A stretch of 64,000 bases of DNA from Candidatus Latescibacterota bacterium (GCA_965243025.1 CBDETY010000003.1:3968001-4032000), one strand, 5' to 3'; positions 35,577 to 45,831 are shown, counted from the stretch's first letter. The notes: generated by a model from the letters alone, not told the origin. Numbers and translations: made by a program.

Positions 35577-38243
35577 TCAGGGAGCCAGGTACAGACTGCC
35601 GACCCCGTCGACGTCGTAGCTCTGTCCCTTGGTCGGCCTCCACATGATCCACCACTGGCCGCTTATCCGCCTCACCGTGAGGTTGAAGCGGATGCGTTCG
35701 CCGGGCGAGATCCCGAGGTTGGCCAGGGGCACCACCCACTCGGCGCTCCACCGGCCGTCTCCGACGCGCGCCCCGTACCTCACCCCGCTGGCCAGCCGTT
35801 GCCTCGCCTCCTCGCCCGCCCCCGTCTCGTCCGTGGTCTCCCAGGTCCCTTCGGTGTAGCCGCGCAGCACCTGCGTTTCGGCGAAGAGGTCGTCGGCAGC
35901 CTTGAAGGCGAGCTCGACCCCGTCGCTGCCCCCCCAGACAGTCCCGAGATCGCGGGTCTCGGGGAGCCCGGTGACCAGGCCCACTCTGAGGGCGCTGCCG
36001 TCATGGGTCAGCCACGCCCGCGCCGCCGGCTCGACGAGCGCTCCCGAAACGTGCGCTTCGAGGACCATGGCGGCCTCCGGCGAAAGGCCGGCCCACTCCT
36101 CCGGCTGCAGCTCGCCGTCCACGGTTATCCCGGCGGATGAGCGCGACACGGTGAACACCGGGTCCGGTGGCAGGTCGGCCTGCGGGACCGGCTCGGGAAA
36201 CTGCACCGGCCTCACCTCGTGGACCACCGGCCAGCTGGCGCGGCGCTCGTCCTCGTACAGCCCCATCCGCGCCAGCGGCAGGGGCTCGAAGCCTATCTCC
36301 GAGACCGCCTCGGGGTCCCGGAACTCCAGCCTGACCGGGCGGCCCCGGTCGTCCTTGACGAGGCGGACCCATTCCGGGTCGCCGTCGAAGGCGAGGTTGT
36401 CCTGGATGGTCTGGAACTTCCTGGTGGCGTTGTTGATGTCGTCCCAGATGCCGCCGGCGCTGATGTTGCGGCGGATCAGGTTGCGCTGCGGCACCCCCAG
36501 CATGTCGTCGAGAATCCCCGGCAGGGTCGGGTAGCGCCGCGCCCAGACATCGCTCTTGTACGGCACCGCTCGCAGCCCCTTGTGGAAGGTCCAGGAGGTG
36601 TCCTGGACCATCCCCTTCTGCCAGCCCATGCCGCGGTTGTCGAGATGGACCGCCGTCCAGCAGTCGATGAAGACGTTGTTGGTCACCGAATTGTCGACGC
36701 CGCCGCCGATGAAGACGGCGTTGGTCACGCTCTCGAAGAGGTTGCCGTGGATGTGGTGGCCGCTTTGCTGGTCGTCGAGGTAGATCGTCATGCCCCCGTG
36801 CCCGTCGGCCCCGAGAATCTGGTGCCAGTAGTTGTAGCTCAGCACCGTGCCGCGCTGGGTGAAGTCGCGGCCGACGTAGAAGGCGCCGGCATCGCGGCTT
36901 TCGTACACGACGTTGTGTATCTCGTTGTACTCGACGACGTGGTCGTTGCCCGCCGCCGCCAGCGCCATGTGGGGGCCGTCGTGAATCAGGTTGTGGGAGA
37001 TGCGCGCGCCCACCCCCCAGGTGCTGATGGCGGACTGGTAGGTGCGCTTCCGCCGCGCGTAGTGGTGGACGTGGTTGTTCTCGGCGCGGTGGCCGGACGG
37101 GGTCAGGGTGGCGCGGTCCCCGCCGTTCAGGAAGATGCCGCCGGTGCCGGTGAAGTAGACGTCGCAGCCGTAGACCTCGTGGTTCGAGCCGCCGTCCACC
37201 TGCACCGCCCGCCCCCCGACGTTGCGGATCGTGCAGCCCACCACCTTGCAGCCGGCTCCGCCCTCGATGGCGATCGCCGTTCCCCGCGAGGCTTCGAAGG
37301 CGATGCCCCGGAAGGTCACGTGCCGCAGATCCACCGCCCGCACCAGTCCGTCGGAACGGGACAGGACCGCCTCTCCCGACGGGGAGGGCGGCCAGAAGTA
37401 GAGCAGGCCGCTGCCGCGGTCGATGTAGTACTCCCCCGGGCGGTCGATCTCCCCGAGCAGGTTGAACGCGTACCACCGCGCCTTTCCCGGGGCGATGCCG
37501 TAGCTCGGCGTGATATCGGTTGAACGCAGCAGCACCCGGTGCGCCGGCTCCAGGCCGGCGATCGGCTCGTACAGCTCGGCCCAGTCGTAGCGCCAGTAGG
37601 CGAGGATCCACGGCTCCGCCTCCCCGACCCAGCGCCCGAGCCGGTCGCTGTCGACGGTGACGCGCTCCTCCCCCTCGACCTCGTGAATGCCGCGGAACCC
37701 CTCGTTCGGCCAGCGCGCCAGGGTCATCGGCTCGTCGTTCCAGAACAGCTCCGCCTCGGCCCAGCCGTACTCCTCCCGGGGGATGCCCGAGGCGGATCCC
37801 CTCCGGCCGAGGCGGCCGTAGTCGTCGATCCCCCGGGCGCGCAGGTCGGCCACGAGCACGTGGGGGCGCGCCTCTTCGGGCAGACGGGCGAGGACGTCCT
37901 CGTCCGTGACCGGGCGCCATCCGCCGACCGGCTGCCCCCCGCTGAAGCGCACCCCGGCCCCGGGAAGCGCCCGGTAGGTCACGGGAGCCGCTTCGGTTCC
38001 CGAGTCTTCGGCGGAGAAAACGGCCGGCTCCGCGAACCGGTAGGTCCCCCCGGCGAACCAGACGGTCAGCGGTGTCTCCGGGGTTTTGTGCCGGCGCACG
38101 CGGTCCCGGGCACCTTCGAGGGTCGCCAGCGGTTGCGCCCGCGTCCCGGGGGCGCCGTCGTCCCCCTGCGGGGATACATGGAAATCGGTCTCGGCGAAGC
38201 CGAGGGAGGCGGTTGCGGCGGCGGCCATGGCGATTCTCCTCAT
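35577..38243 (-). CDS. Secreted right-handed parallel beta-helix protein (GH141/pectin-lyase-like fold) with C-terminal CBM9-like domain
   Basis: Start ATG 38243; FHVSPQGDD..PGT...PLATLEGARD; LARWPN; EIDRPGEYY; PbH1 repeats (DAGAFY, IYLDD); C-terminal VDGEL..EEW...WSAEWVVP. Confidence 0.75.
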   Translation of the reverse strand: MRRIAMAAAATASLGFAETDFHVSPQGDDGAPGTRAQPLATLEGARDRVRRHKTPETPLTVWFAGGTYRFAEPAVFSAEDSGTEAAPVTYRALPGAGVRFSGGQPVGGWRPVTDEDVLARLPEEARPHVLVADLRARGIDDYGRLGRRGSASGIPREEYGWAEAELFWNDEPMTLARWPNEGFRGIHEVEGEERVTVDSDRLGRWVGEAEPWILAYWRYDWAELYEPIAGLEPAHRVLLRSTDITPSYGIAPGKARWYAFNLLGEIDRPGEYYIDRGSGLLYFWPPSPSGEAVLSRSDGLVRAVDLRHVTFRGIAFEASRGTAIAIEGGAGCKVVGCTIRNVGGRAVQVDGGSNHEVYGCDVYFTGTGGIFLNGGDRATLTPSGHRAENNHVHHYARRKRTYQSAISTWGVGARISHNLIHDGPHMALAAAGNDHVVEYNEIHNVVYESRDAGAFYVGRDFTQRGTVLSYNYWHQILGADGHGGMTIYLDDQQSGHHIHGNLFESVTNAVFIGGGVDNSVTNNVFIDCWTAVHLDNRGMGWQKGMVQDTSWTFHKGLRAVPYKSDVWARRYPTLPGILDDMLGVPQRNLIRRNISAGGIWDDINNATRKFQTIQDNLAFDGDPEWVRLVKDDRGRPVRLEFRDPEAVSEIGFEPLPLARMGLYEDERRASWPVVHEVRPVQFPEPVPQADLPPDPVFTVSRSSAGITVDGELQPEEWAGLSPEAAMVLEAHVSGALVEPAARAWLTHDGSALRVGLVTGLPETRDLGTVWGGSDGVELAFKAADDLFAETQVLRGYTEGTWETTDETGAGEEARQRLASGVRYGARVGDGRWSAEWVVPLANLGISPGERIRFNLTVRRISGQWWIMWRPTKGQSYDVDGVGSLYLAP

Positions 38244-38304
38244 GTCCGAACGGTTCTTTCTGCCGGGGCGGTTTCTGTTGCCTGCCCCGGCCGGTAGCGC
38301 GGCT

Positions 38305-39288
38305 TCAGGCGTTGACGTCGACGACGACCCGGCCCCGGACCTTGCCGTCGAGGATCTCCCGTCCCAGCCGCGGCAGGTCGTCGAGACCCGCCAGGGTGCA
38401 GATCGAGTCGATGCCCTCCGCCGGCAGCACGTCGGCCAGCCGCTGCCACGCGGCATAGCGGCGCTCCCCGGGATAGGTCACCGAGTCGATGCCGAGGAGG
38501 TTGACTCCGCGCAGCAGGAAGGGGATCACCGTGGTTTCGAGCTTGCTGCCGCCGGCCAGGCCGACCGCGGCAACCGAGCCGCCGTGATCCATCTGCGCCA
38601 GCACCCGGGCCAGGGTGGTCCCCCCCACCGAGTCGATGCAGCCGGCCCAGCGGGCGCTTTCGAGAGGTTTGCCGGTGGTCTCTGACAGTTCCGACCGCGG
38701 CACGACCTTCGCCGCCCCGAGACCTTCGAGATATTCCGCCAGCTCGGCACGGCCGGTCGAGGCGGCCACCTCGTACCCGAGGGCGGACAGCAGCAGCACC
38801 GAGAAGGAACCGACCCCACCGGCGGCCCCGGTTACCAGCACCTCCCCCTGTCCCGGCGCCAGGCCGTGGGCCTCCAGCGCCTCAAGCGAGATGGCCGCGG
38901 TGAGCCCGGCCGAACCGAGGCCCATCGCGGCGCGCGCCGACAGGCCCGGCGGCAGCTTCACCGGCCATGCGGCCCGCAGCCGCGCCCGCTGCGCGTACCC
39001 TCCCCAGTACAGCTCGCCGACGCGGTACCCGGTCGAGACCACGGCGTCCCCGGGCGCGAAGCCGGGGTCGGAGCTGGCCCTCACCGTGCCGGCCAGGTCG
39101 ATGCCGGGCACGTGCGGGTACTCCTTGACCAGGCCGCCGAGCCCGTTGAGGACGAGGCCGTCCTTGTAGTTGAGGGAGGAGTATTCGACCGCGACCTCGA
39201 CTTCCCCCTCGGGGAGCTGGTCTTCTCCGACTTCTTCGACCGACGCGGAGATCTCGCCGTCTTTCCGGCGCAGCAGGAGTGCTTTCAT
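38305..39288 (-). CDS. acuI: Acryloyl-CoA reductase AcuI/YhdH family (MDR)
   Basis: Start ATG 39288; YSSLNYKDGL, VPGIDLAG, VTGAAGGVGS, PFLLRGVNLLGIDSV, GKVRGRVVVD. Confidence 0.85.
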   Translation of the reverse strand: MKALLLRRKDGEISASVEEVGEDQLPEGEVEVAVEYSSLNYKDGLVLNGLGGLVKEYPHVPGIDLAGTVRASSDPGFAPGDAVVSTGYRVGELYWGGYAQRARLRAAWPVKLPPGLSARAAMGLGSAGLTAAISLEALEAHGLAPGQGEVLVTGAAGGVGSFSVLLLSALGYEVAASTGRAELAEYLEGLGAAKVVPRSELSETTGKPLESARWAGCIDSVGGTTLARVLAQMDHGGSVAAVGLAGGSKLETTVIPFLLRGVNLLGIDSVTYPGERRYAAWQRLADVLPAEGIDSICTLAGLDDLPRLGREILDGKVRGRVVVDVNA

Positions 39289-39376
39289 GAGTCTCGATTC
39301 CGGTTTGCAGCGGCCGCCGGCAACTCCCGGGAGGGGCGCCGGGCACGCTGGCATGGGGCTGTCACGGACATGGGGG

Positions 39377-40174
39377 TCAGCAGATCCGGACGGTGCTTCC
39401 AGCCCCCTTGACCCTGGATATGCTTGACTGGATGGAGCTGAGGACCACCTGCGAGCTGACCCCCGTCATCGGGCTGGAGCGCCTCAGGCTCATCTCGACG
39501 TCCCGGCCGCGCGCCTGCAGGTGGATGGACGACTTTTCGAGGTCGGGGTCGGCGATGAACAGGGAGCGGGTGCGGTCGAAGCCGATGCCGGCCAGGGCCA
39601 CGGCCGCGTGCGAGTTGACGTTGCGGGGGAACAGCGGGCAGATGCCGCGGGTCGGGCCGTCGTAGAGCACGGTTGCTCCCTCCTTCTGCCCCCGGGCGGA
39701 CTCCGGCAGGGAGCCGCGGTCGACGCTGCCGGCCGGCTTCTTCATCGTGAACGTCACCTCCTCCCAGGAGTCGCGCCCCTCCTCCAGCGCCTCGAGGCCG
39801 ACGGCGGTTCCGTGCGGGATGTAGAGGGAAGTCCCGTTCCTGCCTGCAGTGCAGACCAGCTTCTCCTCGAGACCGGGGTCGGCCAGGGCGGTGAGCGACA
39901 GCGGCATGTAGTCGGTGGCCTCGAGGATGGCGGCGCCGTGATCGCGGGACACCGAAGGGTGGGCCACCTCGACCACCAGGTCCGCCCGGAAGCGGGCGAA
40001 GCCGGCGAGGTCGGCGAGCCTGAGGTGCGGGGGGATCTCCGCCAGCCTGGCGGGGTCGATGTCGTTGACGAACGCCACCTCCAGGCCGAGCCCGGGATTG
40101 CCGGCCACGTGGCGGTACACGGCGCTGCCGATGTAGCCGCACCCGACGATCCCGATCCGCGCGCTGCCGTTCAC
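39377..40174 (-). CDS. Aspartate dehydrogenase domain protein (NadX/ASPDH family)
   Basis: GTG 40174 (GTGA overlap); IGIVGCGYIG; DLVVEVAHP; LYDGPTRGICPLFPRNVNSHAAVALAG. Confidence 0.8.
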   Translation of the reverse strand: MNGSARIGIVGCGYIGSAVYRHVAGNPGLGLEVAFVNDIDPARLAEIPPHLRLADLAGFARFRADLVVEVAHPSVSRDHGAAILEATDYMPLSLTALADPGLEEKLVCTAGRNGTSLYIPHGTAVGLEALEEGRDSWEEVTFTMKKPAGSVDRGSLPESARGQKEGATVLYDGPTRGICPLFPRNVNSHAAVALAGIGFDRTRSLFIADPDLEKSSIHLQARGRDVEMSLRRSSPMTGVSSQVVLSSIQSSISRVKGAGSTVRIC

Positions 40175-40767
40175 CGGTCCTGCTGCGGCCGGTCGCACGC
40201 CTCGCACAGGAAAGCGGGCCTCGCCTCGCCCCCGAACGAGAGCGGGTTTTCGAAATCCCTGCGCACCGGCAGGTCCGGTTCGCCGCAGAAGTCGCACCTG
40301 CCGCGCTCGCTGTACCGCGGTCCGGCCATGGCCCGGTCCTGCACCTTTTCGAGGAACTGCTCGCGCTCGCGCAGGGGGCGCGCGAACTCCTCGATCAAAA
40401 CCCGCACCCCCTTGTCGGTTTCGCTCTCGACGGCGCGCTTCAGGATGGCGTCCAGGCGCGCATCCCCCCTGGGATAGCCGCCGTCCTCGAGCGTATGCCA
40501 CGCCGCCCTGCGAACCCTGGCGTCACGATCCTCCATGAGGCGGTAGAGGGCATCCTGGACCTCCTCGATACGGGTGCGCACGTGGCAGGGACAGAGGTTG
40601 TCGGCGGCGACGAACCGCTCCTCGGGGTCGCGGCTGCGGGACATCACCAGCAGCTCCTCGATCTCCTCCCGGCCGGCGCGGTGTTCCCCCCGGCGCAGCG
40701 CTTCCTTCCGGGAGCGGAAATACCGGCCCCTGTCGGTGCGCCTGTTCCCGATCTTCTGTTTCCTCAT
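40171..40767 (-). CDS. HEAT-repeat protein with CPCH motif and C-terminal Zn ribbon
   Basis: DPEERFVAADNLCPCH; DRDARVRRAAWHTL; CDFC...CEAC. Start 40767 or 40782. Confidence 0.65.
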   Translation of the reverse strand: MRKQKIGNRRTDRGRYFRSRKEALRRGEHRAGREEIEELLVMSRSRDPEERFVAADNLCPCHVRTRIEEVQDALYRLMEDRDARVRRAAWHTLEDGGYPRGDARLDAILKRAVESETDKGVRVLIEEFARPLREREQFLEKVQDRAMAGPRYSERGRCDFCGEPDLPVRRDFENPLSFGGEARPAFLCEACDRPQQDR

Positions 40768-40965
40768 GCCGGTTCCCCCCATGCAAGTCGGGTTTGATTC
40801 CGCCGGTGCCCTGACCCAGGTTTTCCGGGCCGGCCGCGCCCGGCCGCCGATCTCTCGCCGATCTCTCCAAGTAAGGAAAAGGTACGTGTCAACCCTGCCA
40901 ATTCCCTTTCAAAAAACCGGATCGCCGCCGCTCGAAGCCGGCGACCGCAACCGGACGAAGCGACC

Positions 40966-42447
40966 ATGACCCGCCGCGTAGGCATCATCTCCCTGATCCA
41001 CGAGTCCAACACCTTCGCCGACACCCCGACGACGATCGCCTCTTTCCGGCGCGACGGCCTGCTCACCGGAGAGGAGGTTCGTCAGGAGTTCGCAGGGGGC
41101 CTGCACCAGGGCAGCGGCTTCCTCGAGGGCCTGGCCGGGGCCGGCATCGAGGCGGTGCCGGTCTTCCACGCCTCGACCACCCCCTCCGGCACGATCACGA
41201 GGGAGACCTGCGACGAGCTGATGCGCCTGATGTTCTCCGCCCTCGACGAGGCCGGACCCCTCGACGGCTACCTGGTGTCGCCGCACGGCGCCAATGCCGG
41301 CGAAGGGGATGAGTACCGCGATCTCGACGGCCACTGGCTCACCCGTCTGCGCGCCCGCGCCGGCGCCGGATGCCCCATCATCTGCGTCATCGACCCGCAC
41401 GCCAACCTCTCCCCCCGCATGGTCGAGGCGTGCGACGCGACCATCGCCTACCGCTCGAACCCCCACCTCGACCAGAAGGAGCGCGGCCTCGAGGCCGCCT
41501 CGCTGATGGCGCGCACCCTCGCCGGTGAGATCCGGCCCGTGCAGCGAGGGGCCTTTCCGCCCTTCGGCATCAACATCGAGCGCCAGCACACCACCTCCCC
41601 TCCCTGCCTGCCGCTCTACGAGCTGGCCAACGCTCAGCTCGGGAAGGAGCCGGTTCTCTCCAACTCGATCGTGCTCGGTTTTCCCTACGCCGACGTCGAG
41701 GAGATGGGCTCTTCCGCGGTCGTCGTTACCGACGGCGACGAGGAGAAGGCGCAGCGGCTCGCAGACGAGCTCGCCGCCTACATGGTCGAGCACCGCGCCG
41801 AGTTCGTCGGGGAGTACCTGACCGTCGAGGAGACGGTCGGTATGGCGGCCGGCAGGGAAGCGCCGGTCTGCCTGCTCGACATGGGGGACAACGTCGGCGG
41901 CGGCTCGGCGGCGGACGGAACGCAGATTGCGCACGAAATCCACGCGCGCGGGGACCTGCCCGCCTTCGTGTGTATCTACGACCCGGAGTCCCAGGAACGG
42001 GCGCGCGCCGCCGGCCCCGGGGCGCGCCTGACGCTGTCGATCGGGGGCAAGGTCGACGGCCGCCACGGCGACCCGCTGACCGCGGAGGTCACGGTGAAGA
42101 GCCTGCACGATGGGAAGTTCGAGGAGAGCGAGATCCGCCACGGAGGCTACACCCGCTTCGACATGGGGCCTACCGCGGTGGTGACCACCGCCACCGGGCT
42201 GACGATCAGCCTGACCAGCATGCGCACGGTGCCGGTCAGCCTCGGGGTGGTCACCAGCCTCGGACTCGACCCGGCCGACTTCCACATCATCGTCGCCAAG
42301 GGGGTGCACGCCCCCGTCGCCGCGTTCGGGCCGGTCTGCAGCGAGCTGATCCGCGTCGATACTATCGGGGCCACCGCGGCCGACATGCGCACCTTCGAGT
42401 ACAGCTACCGGCGCCAGCCGATGTACCCGTTCGAAGAAATCGCCTGA
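40966..42447 (+). CDS. M81 family metallopeptidase (MlrC-like)
   Basis: HESNTF, PHGA, DPHANLS, NPHLD, GFPYAD, DMGDNVGGG, C-terminal RRQPMYPFE. Confidence 0.9.
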   Translation: MTRRVGIISLIHESNTFADTPTTIASFRRDGLLTGEEVRQEFAGGLHQGSGFLEGLAGAGIEAVPVFHASTTPSGTITRETCDELMRLMFSALDEAGPLDGYLVSPHGANAGEGDEYRDLDGHWLTRLRARAGAGCPIICVIDPHANLSPRMVEACDATIAYRSNPHLDQKERGLEAASLMARTLAGEIRPVQRGAFPPFGINIERQHTTSPPCLPLYELANAQLGKEPVLSNSIVLGFPYADVEEMGSSAVVVTDGDEEKAQRLADELAAYMVEHRAEFVGEYLTVEETVGMAAGREAPVCLLDMGDNVGGGSAADGTQIAHEIHARGDLPAFVCIYDPESQERARAAGPGARLTLSIGGKVDGRHGDPLTAEVTVKSLHDGKFEESEIRHGGYTRFDMGPTAVVTTATGLTISLTSMRTVPVSLGVVTSLGLDPADFHIIVAKGVHAPVAAFGPVCSELIRVDTIGATAADMRTFEYSYRRQPMYPFEEIA

Positions 42448-42668
42448 CCCGAGTTCTTCAGGTTCGCTGTCGGACTGACGGCCGTCAGCTTGCCGGAGCG
42501 AAGACCCGTCACTGCCGCGTCCGCTGCGGCCGGGTACCGGGCTCGACGACCCACCGTGCCCGGCGTTTTCCTTGCCACTGTTGCACAACGGCCTGTTGGT
42601 TTTTTCCGCGAGATCCCAGTGCAACTGAACCGGTTCCCTACCCTTGCCCAGTGAGGAGCAACCGCCCC

Positions 42669-45600
42669 GTGACCTTCGTCTCCTGTCGCAACCCACGCCT
42701 GCACTTCGCAGCCGCCCTGAGTGTCGGCGTTGCGCCGGGCTGCACCACCCCTCACCGGTTCCCCCTGCGGTCCGTTTCCCGGCTCGCCGCAGCAGTCGGG
42801 GTCGCGCTGTTCGCCTGCCTGACGCCGAGCTGCGCAACCAGTCAGCACTCCCTGATCGAATGGAGGTACAACTCCGCCGATGCCGGCAGCAGCCGCTTCG
42901 CCCCGATCGGGGAGATCGACAGCACCAATGTCGCCGACCTGCGGATGGTCTGGCGCTGGCGCGCCCCCGATCTGGAACTCCACCGCACCCGGGTTCTCGA
43001 GAACGACGGCGGCGACAATCAGTGCACGCCGCTGATGGTCGGTGGAACTCTCTACGTCTCCACCCCGCTCAACACCGTCGTCGCGCTCGACCCGGAAACC
43101 GGTGAGGAGATCTGGCGCTTCGAGAACCCCGATGTCTGGCACATATCCGACTACATGGGTACCCACCGCGGCGTCGCCTACTGGAGCGACGGCGCGCGGG
43201 AACGCATCCTCTTCGGCACAGGCACCGCCTACCTCTACTCCCTCGACGCGAAGACCGGGCTGCCCGACCCGGAGTTCGGCGACGGCGGCCGCATCGATCT
43301 GCTCGACCATTTCGACCGGCCTGTCTGGCGCGGCGCCCTCTCCGTCACTTCGCCGCCGATCGTCTGCCGCGACGTCCTCGTCACCGGCTGGTTCGCCAGC
43401 GATTGGTACTGGGATGGCGCGCCGCCCGAGAAAACGCCTCCCGGGGCCGTGTTCGGGTTCGACGTGCGCACGGGGAAACGACTCTGGACCTTCCATTCCA
43501 TTCCCCGGGAAGGGGAATTCGGCGTCGATACCTGGGAAAACGATTCCTGGAAAACAGCGGCCCGCGTCAACGTCTGGACCATTCTGAGCGCCGACGAAGA
43601 GCTCGGCTACATCTACCTGCCGTTCGGCAACCCCGACAACGAGTACTACGGCGGCGCCCGGCATGGAGACAACCTGTACACATCCAGCCTGGTCTGCCTG
43701 GAGGCGCGCACCGGCAAGCGCGTATGGCACTACCAGACCATGCGCCACGGCCTCTGGAATCTCGACCTGCCGCACGCCGCCATGCTCGTCGATGTCGAGG
43801 TGGACGGCAAGCCGGTCAAAGCCGTCGCTCAGCTGACGAAGCAGGCCTTCTGCTTTGTGCTCGACCGGGTCACCGGTGAGCCCCTGTGGCCGGTCGAACA
43901 GCGGCGGGTACCCGCTTCGACCGTGCCCGGAGAGCGGATGCCGGACACGCAGCCGTTCCCGACCAGGCCTGCGCCCTACGATCGCCAGGGCCTGACGGAA
44001 GAAGACATCATAGACTTCACGCCGGAGATACGGCGGGAAACAATCGAGTTCATCTCCGAGTACGACTACGGTCCTCTCTACACGCCTCCCTCGACTCGGG
44101 GAACGATCATGGTGCCGGGGCTCATCGGTGGCGCCACCTGGTGGAACGGGGCCGTCCATCCGGAAAAGGGGTGGATATACGTCTCTTCCCAGACCAAGCC
44201 CGGGCTCGTGGAACTAGAAGAGAACGACGAGCATCCGCACGGGTTCACCGGCGACAGCCGGGACGTGCGCGGGCCGCGGGGACTGCCGCTGACCAAACCC
44301 CCGTACGGCCGCATCGTCGCCATCGACCTGAACACCGGGGACCACCGCTGGATGAGGCCCATCGGCAAAGGGCCGGTCGACCATCCCGAGCTCCGCGAAC
44401 TCGACCTGCCTCCCCTCGGGTCGGCGACTCGCATCATGCCGATGGCGACCAGGACCCTCCTGTTCGCCGTTACCGACCAGCCGTTCGATCCGCGCCGGTG
44501 GCGCTACCGCGGCCAACATTACATCGACCCCGAGCCGTACCTGTGGGCCTTCGATCTCGACGACGGACGGCTGATCCATCGCCTGGAGCTTCCCGCCAAC
44601 GGCAGCGGCCCACCCATGTCGTACGCCATCGGCGGCCGACAGTATATCGTCGTGCCCCTGGGCGACGAAGACACCCCCGCGGAGTTCGCCGCCTACGCAA
44701 TCCCGCGCAAAGGTGAGAAGCTGCCGATGCAGCCGACCCGCCGCACGGATGCCGGGCACCCGCTTTTCTACGAGGCGGTTCGGGCCGTCGATTCAGGCGA
44801 CACGACGGCCCTTTCCGACCTGCTCCTGAAACATCCCGGCCTCGCCCGCGCACGGGGATACCTCGATCCCCACTACAAATACCCCGGTTTCCGCGGCGCG
44901 TCGCTGCTTCACCTCCTCGCCGGGGAGCCGCTGCATCGAGGTGAGCTGAAGGGGGACGCGGGGCGCATGGCGCAGCAACTGCTCGATGCGGGCGCCGATC
45001 CCAACGCCGTCACCGTCGACTCTTTCGCTACGCTTTCACTGGTCTATGACAGCCGCCAGACCGGGTGGTTGGGCATCAGGGAGGAACTGTTGCGCCTGCT
45101 TCTCGACGCCGGAGCCGATCCCGACGAGCGCAGGGGATATCTCCTGTGGGCGGCTGTGCGGAATCAGGAACACGACCTGGCGGAGCTGTTGCTCTCGCAT
45201 GGGGCCACGTTCGATCTGCGCACGGCCGCGGGCATGGGCCGGATGGATGTCCTGGCCAAGTTCTTTCGAGAGGACGGCAGTCTCACTCCCGATGCCCACA
45301 GTGGTTATGTCCCCCACTTCCCGGCCGCGGTCGACATTCCGGTCGAGGAGGAGGATGTGCTGACAGAGGCGGTTACCCTCGCTGCCCGCGGCGGGCACGC
45401 CGAAGCCCTCGAGTTCCTGCTGGACCGGGGGGTAGACGTCCACTCCCTGTCCGTGCGATTCTGGTGGCGGGGCGACAAAGGAGCGACTCCCCTGCATCAC
45501 GCCGCGGGCAACGCTCGACTCGGGGCGGTCCGGCTCCTGCTCGGCAGGGGGGCGGACCCGAACATGCCGAACCAGTGGGGATCGACGCCGCTCGATTGGG

Positions 45601-45680
45601 CTCGTTGGGCGGACGACGATGCCGAAGACAAGCAGGAAGTGATTCGCCTTCTGGAGGAAGCCGCGGCTGAACGCGAATAG
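42669..45680 (+). CDS. PQQ-dependent dehydrogenase (quinoprotein GDH-like propeller) fused to C-terminal ankyrin repeats
   Basis: Start uncertain (GTG 42669 or 42651). SSRFAP..EID..NV..L..VW; TPLMVGG; RGVAYW; DNLY..SLV; WHYQT.RHGLW; KPPYG.I.AIDL. From about 44760: LLDAGADPN, TPLHHAA, LLGRGADPN, TPLDWA. Confidence 0.85.
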   Translation: MTFVSCRNPRLHFAAALSVGVAPGCTTPHRFPLRSVSRLAAAVGVALFACLTPSCATSQHSLIEWRYNSADAGSSRFAPIGEIDSTNVADLRMVWRWRAPDLELHRTRVLENDGGDNQCTPLMVGGTLYVSTPLNTVVALDPETGEEIWRFENPDVWHISDYMGTHRGVAYWSDGARERILFGTGTAYLYSLDAKTGLPDPEFGDGGRIDLLDHFDRPVWRGALSVTSPPIVCRDVLVTGWFASDWYWDGAPPEKTPPGAVFGFDVRTGKRLWTFHSIPREGEFGVDTWENDSWKTAARVNVWTILSADEELGYIYLPFGNPDNEYYGGARHGDNLYTSSLVCLEARTGKRVWHYQTMRHGLWNLDLPHAAMLVDVEVDGKPVKAVAQLTKQAFCFVLDRVTGEPLWPVEQRRVPASTVPGERMPDTQPFPTRPAPYDRQGLTEEDIIDFTPEIRRETIEFISEYDYGPLYTPPSTRGTIMVPGLIGGATWWNGAVHPEKGWIYVSSQTKPGLVELEENDEHPHGFTGDSRDVRGPRGLPLTKPPYGRIVAIDLNTGDHRWMRPIGKGPVDHPELRELDLPPLGSATRIMPMATRTLLFAVTDQPFDPRRWRYRGQHYIDPEPYLWAFDLDDGRLIHRLELPANGSGPPMSYAIGGRQYIVVPLGDEDTPAEFAAYAIPRKGEKLPMQPTRRTDAGHPLFYEAVRAVDSGDTTALSDLLLKHPGLARARGYLDPHYKYPGFRGASLLHLLAGEPLHRGELKGDAGRMAQQLLDAGADPNAVTVDSFATLSLVYDSRQTGWLGIREELLRLLLDAGADPDERRGYLLWAAVRNQEHDLAELLLSHGATFDLRTAAGMGRMDVLAKFFREDGSLTPDAHSGYVPHFPAAVDIPVEEEDVLTEAVTLAARGGHAEALEFLLDRGVDVHSLSVRFWWRGDKGATPLHHAAGNARLGAVRLLLGRGADPNMPNQWGSTPLDWARWADDDAEDKQEVIRLLEEAAAERE

Positions 45681-45831
45681 GTTCGCGTTTGCGGGGTAGC
45701 CCTGTGGTGTTTCAGGTCAACCTGCAACAGGGCGCGCATTGACAGGGCTGCGCATTGATACAAGGCTCCGGGGTGGTCTGCAGGTGGACGCTTCGGCGGG
45801 CAGTCCTATCCCTCCTGAATCCGTTCCGGCG

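Noticed and set aside
38305-39288. DMSP catabolism locus
   Set aside because: The acuI-like gene has no ddd or dmd genes nearby; YhdH/AcuI is broadly distributed.
40966-42447. Microcystin degradation cluster
   Set aside because: Only an MlrC-like M81 peptidase; no mlrA, mlrB or mlrD, and M81 homologs are widespread.
45727-45767. Short tandem repeat ACAGGGC(T)GCGCATTG containing TTGACA
   Set aside because: About 2.5 degenerate units without spacers, between convergent genes; neither a CRISPR array nor a convincing promoter.
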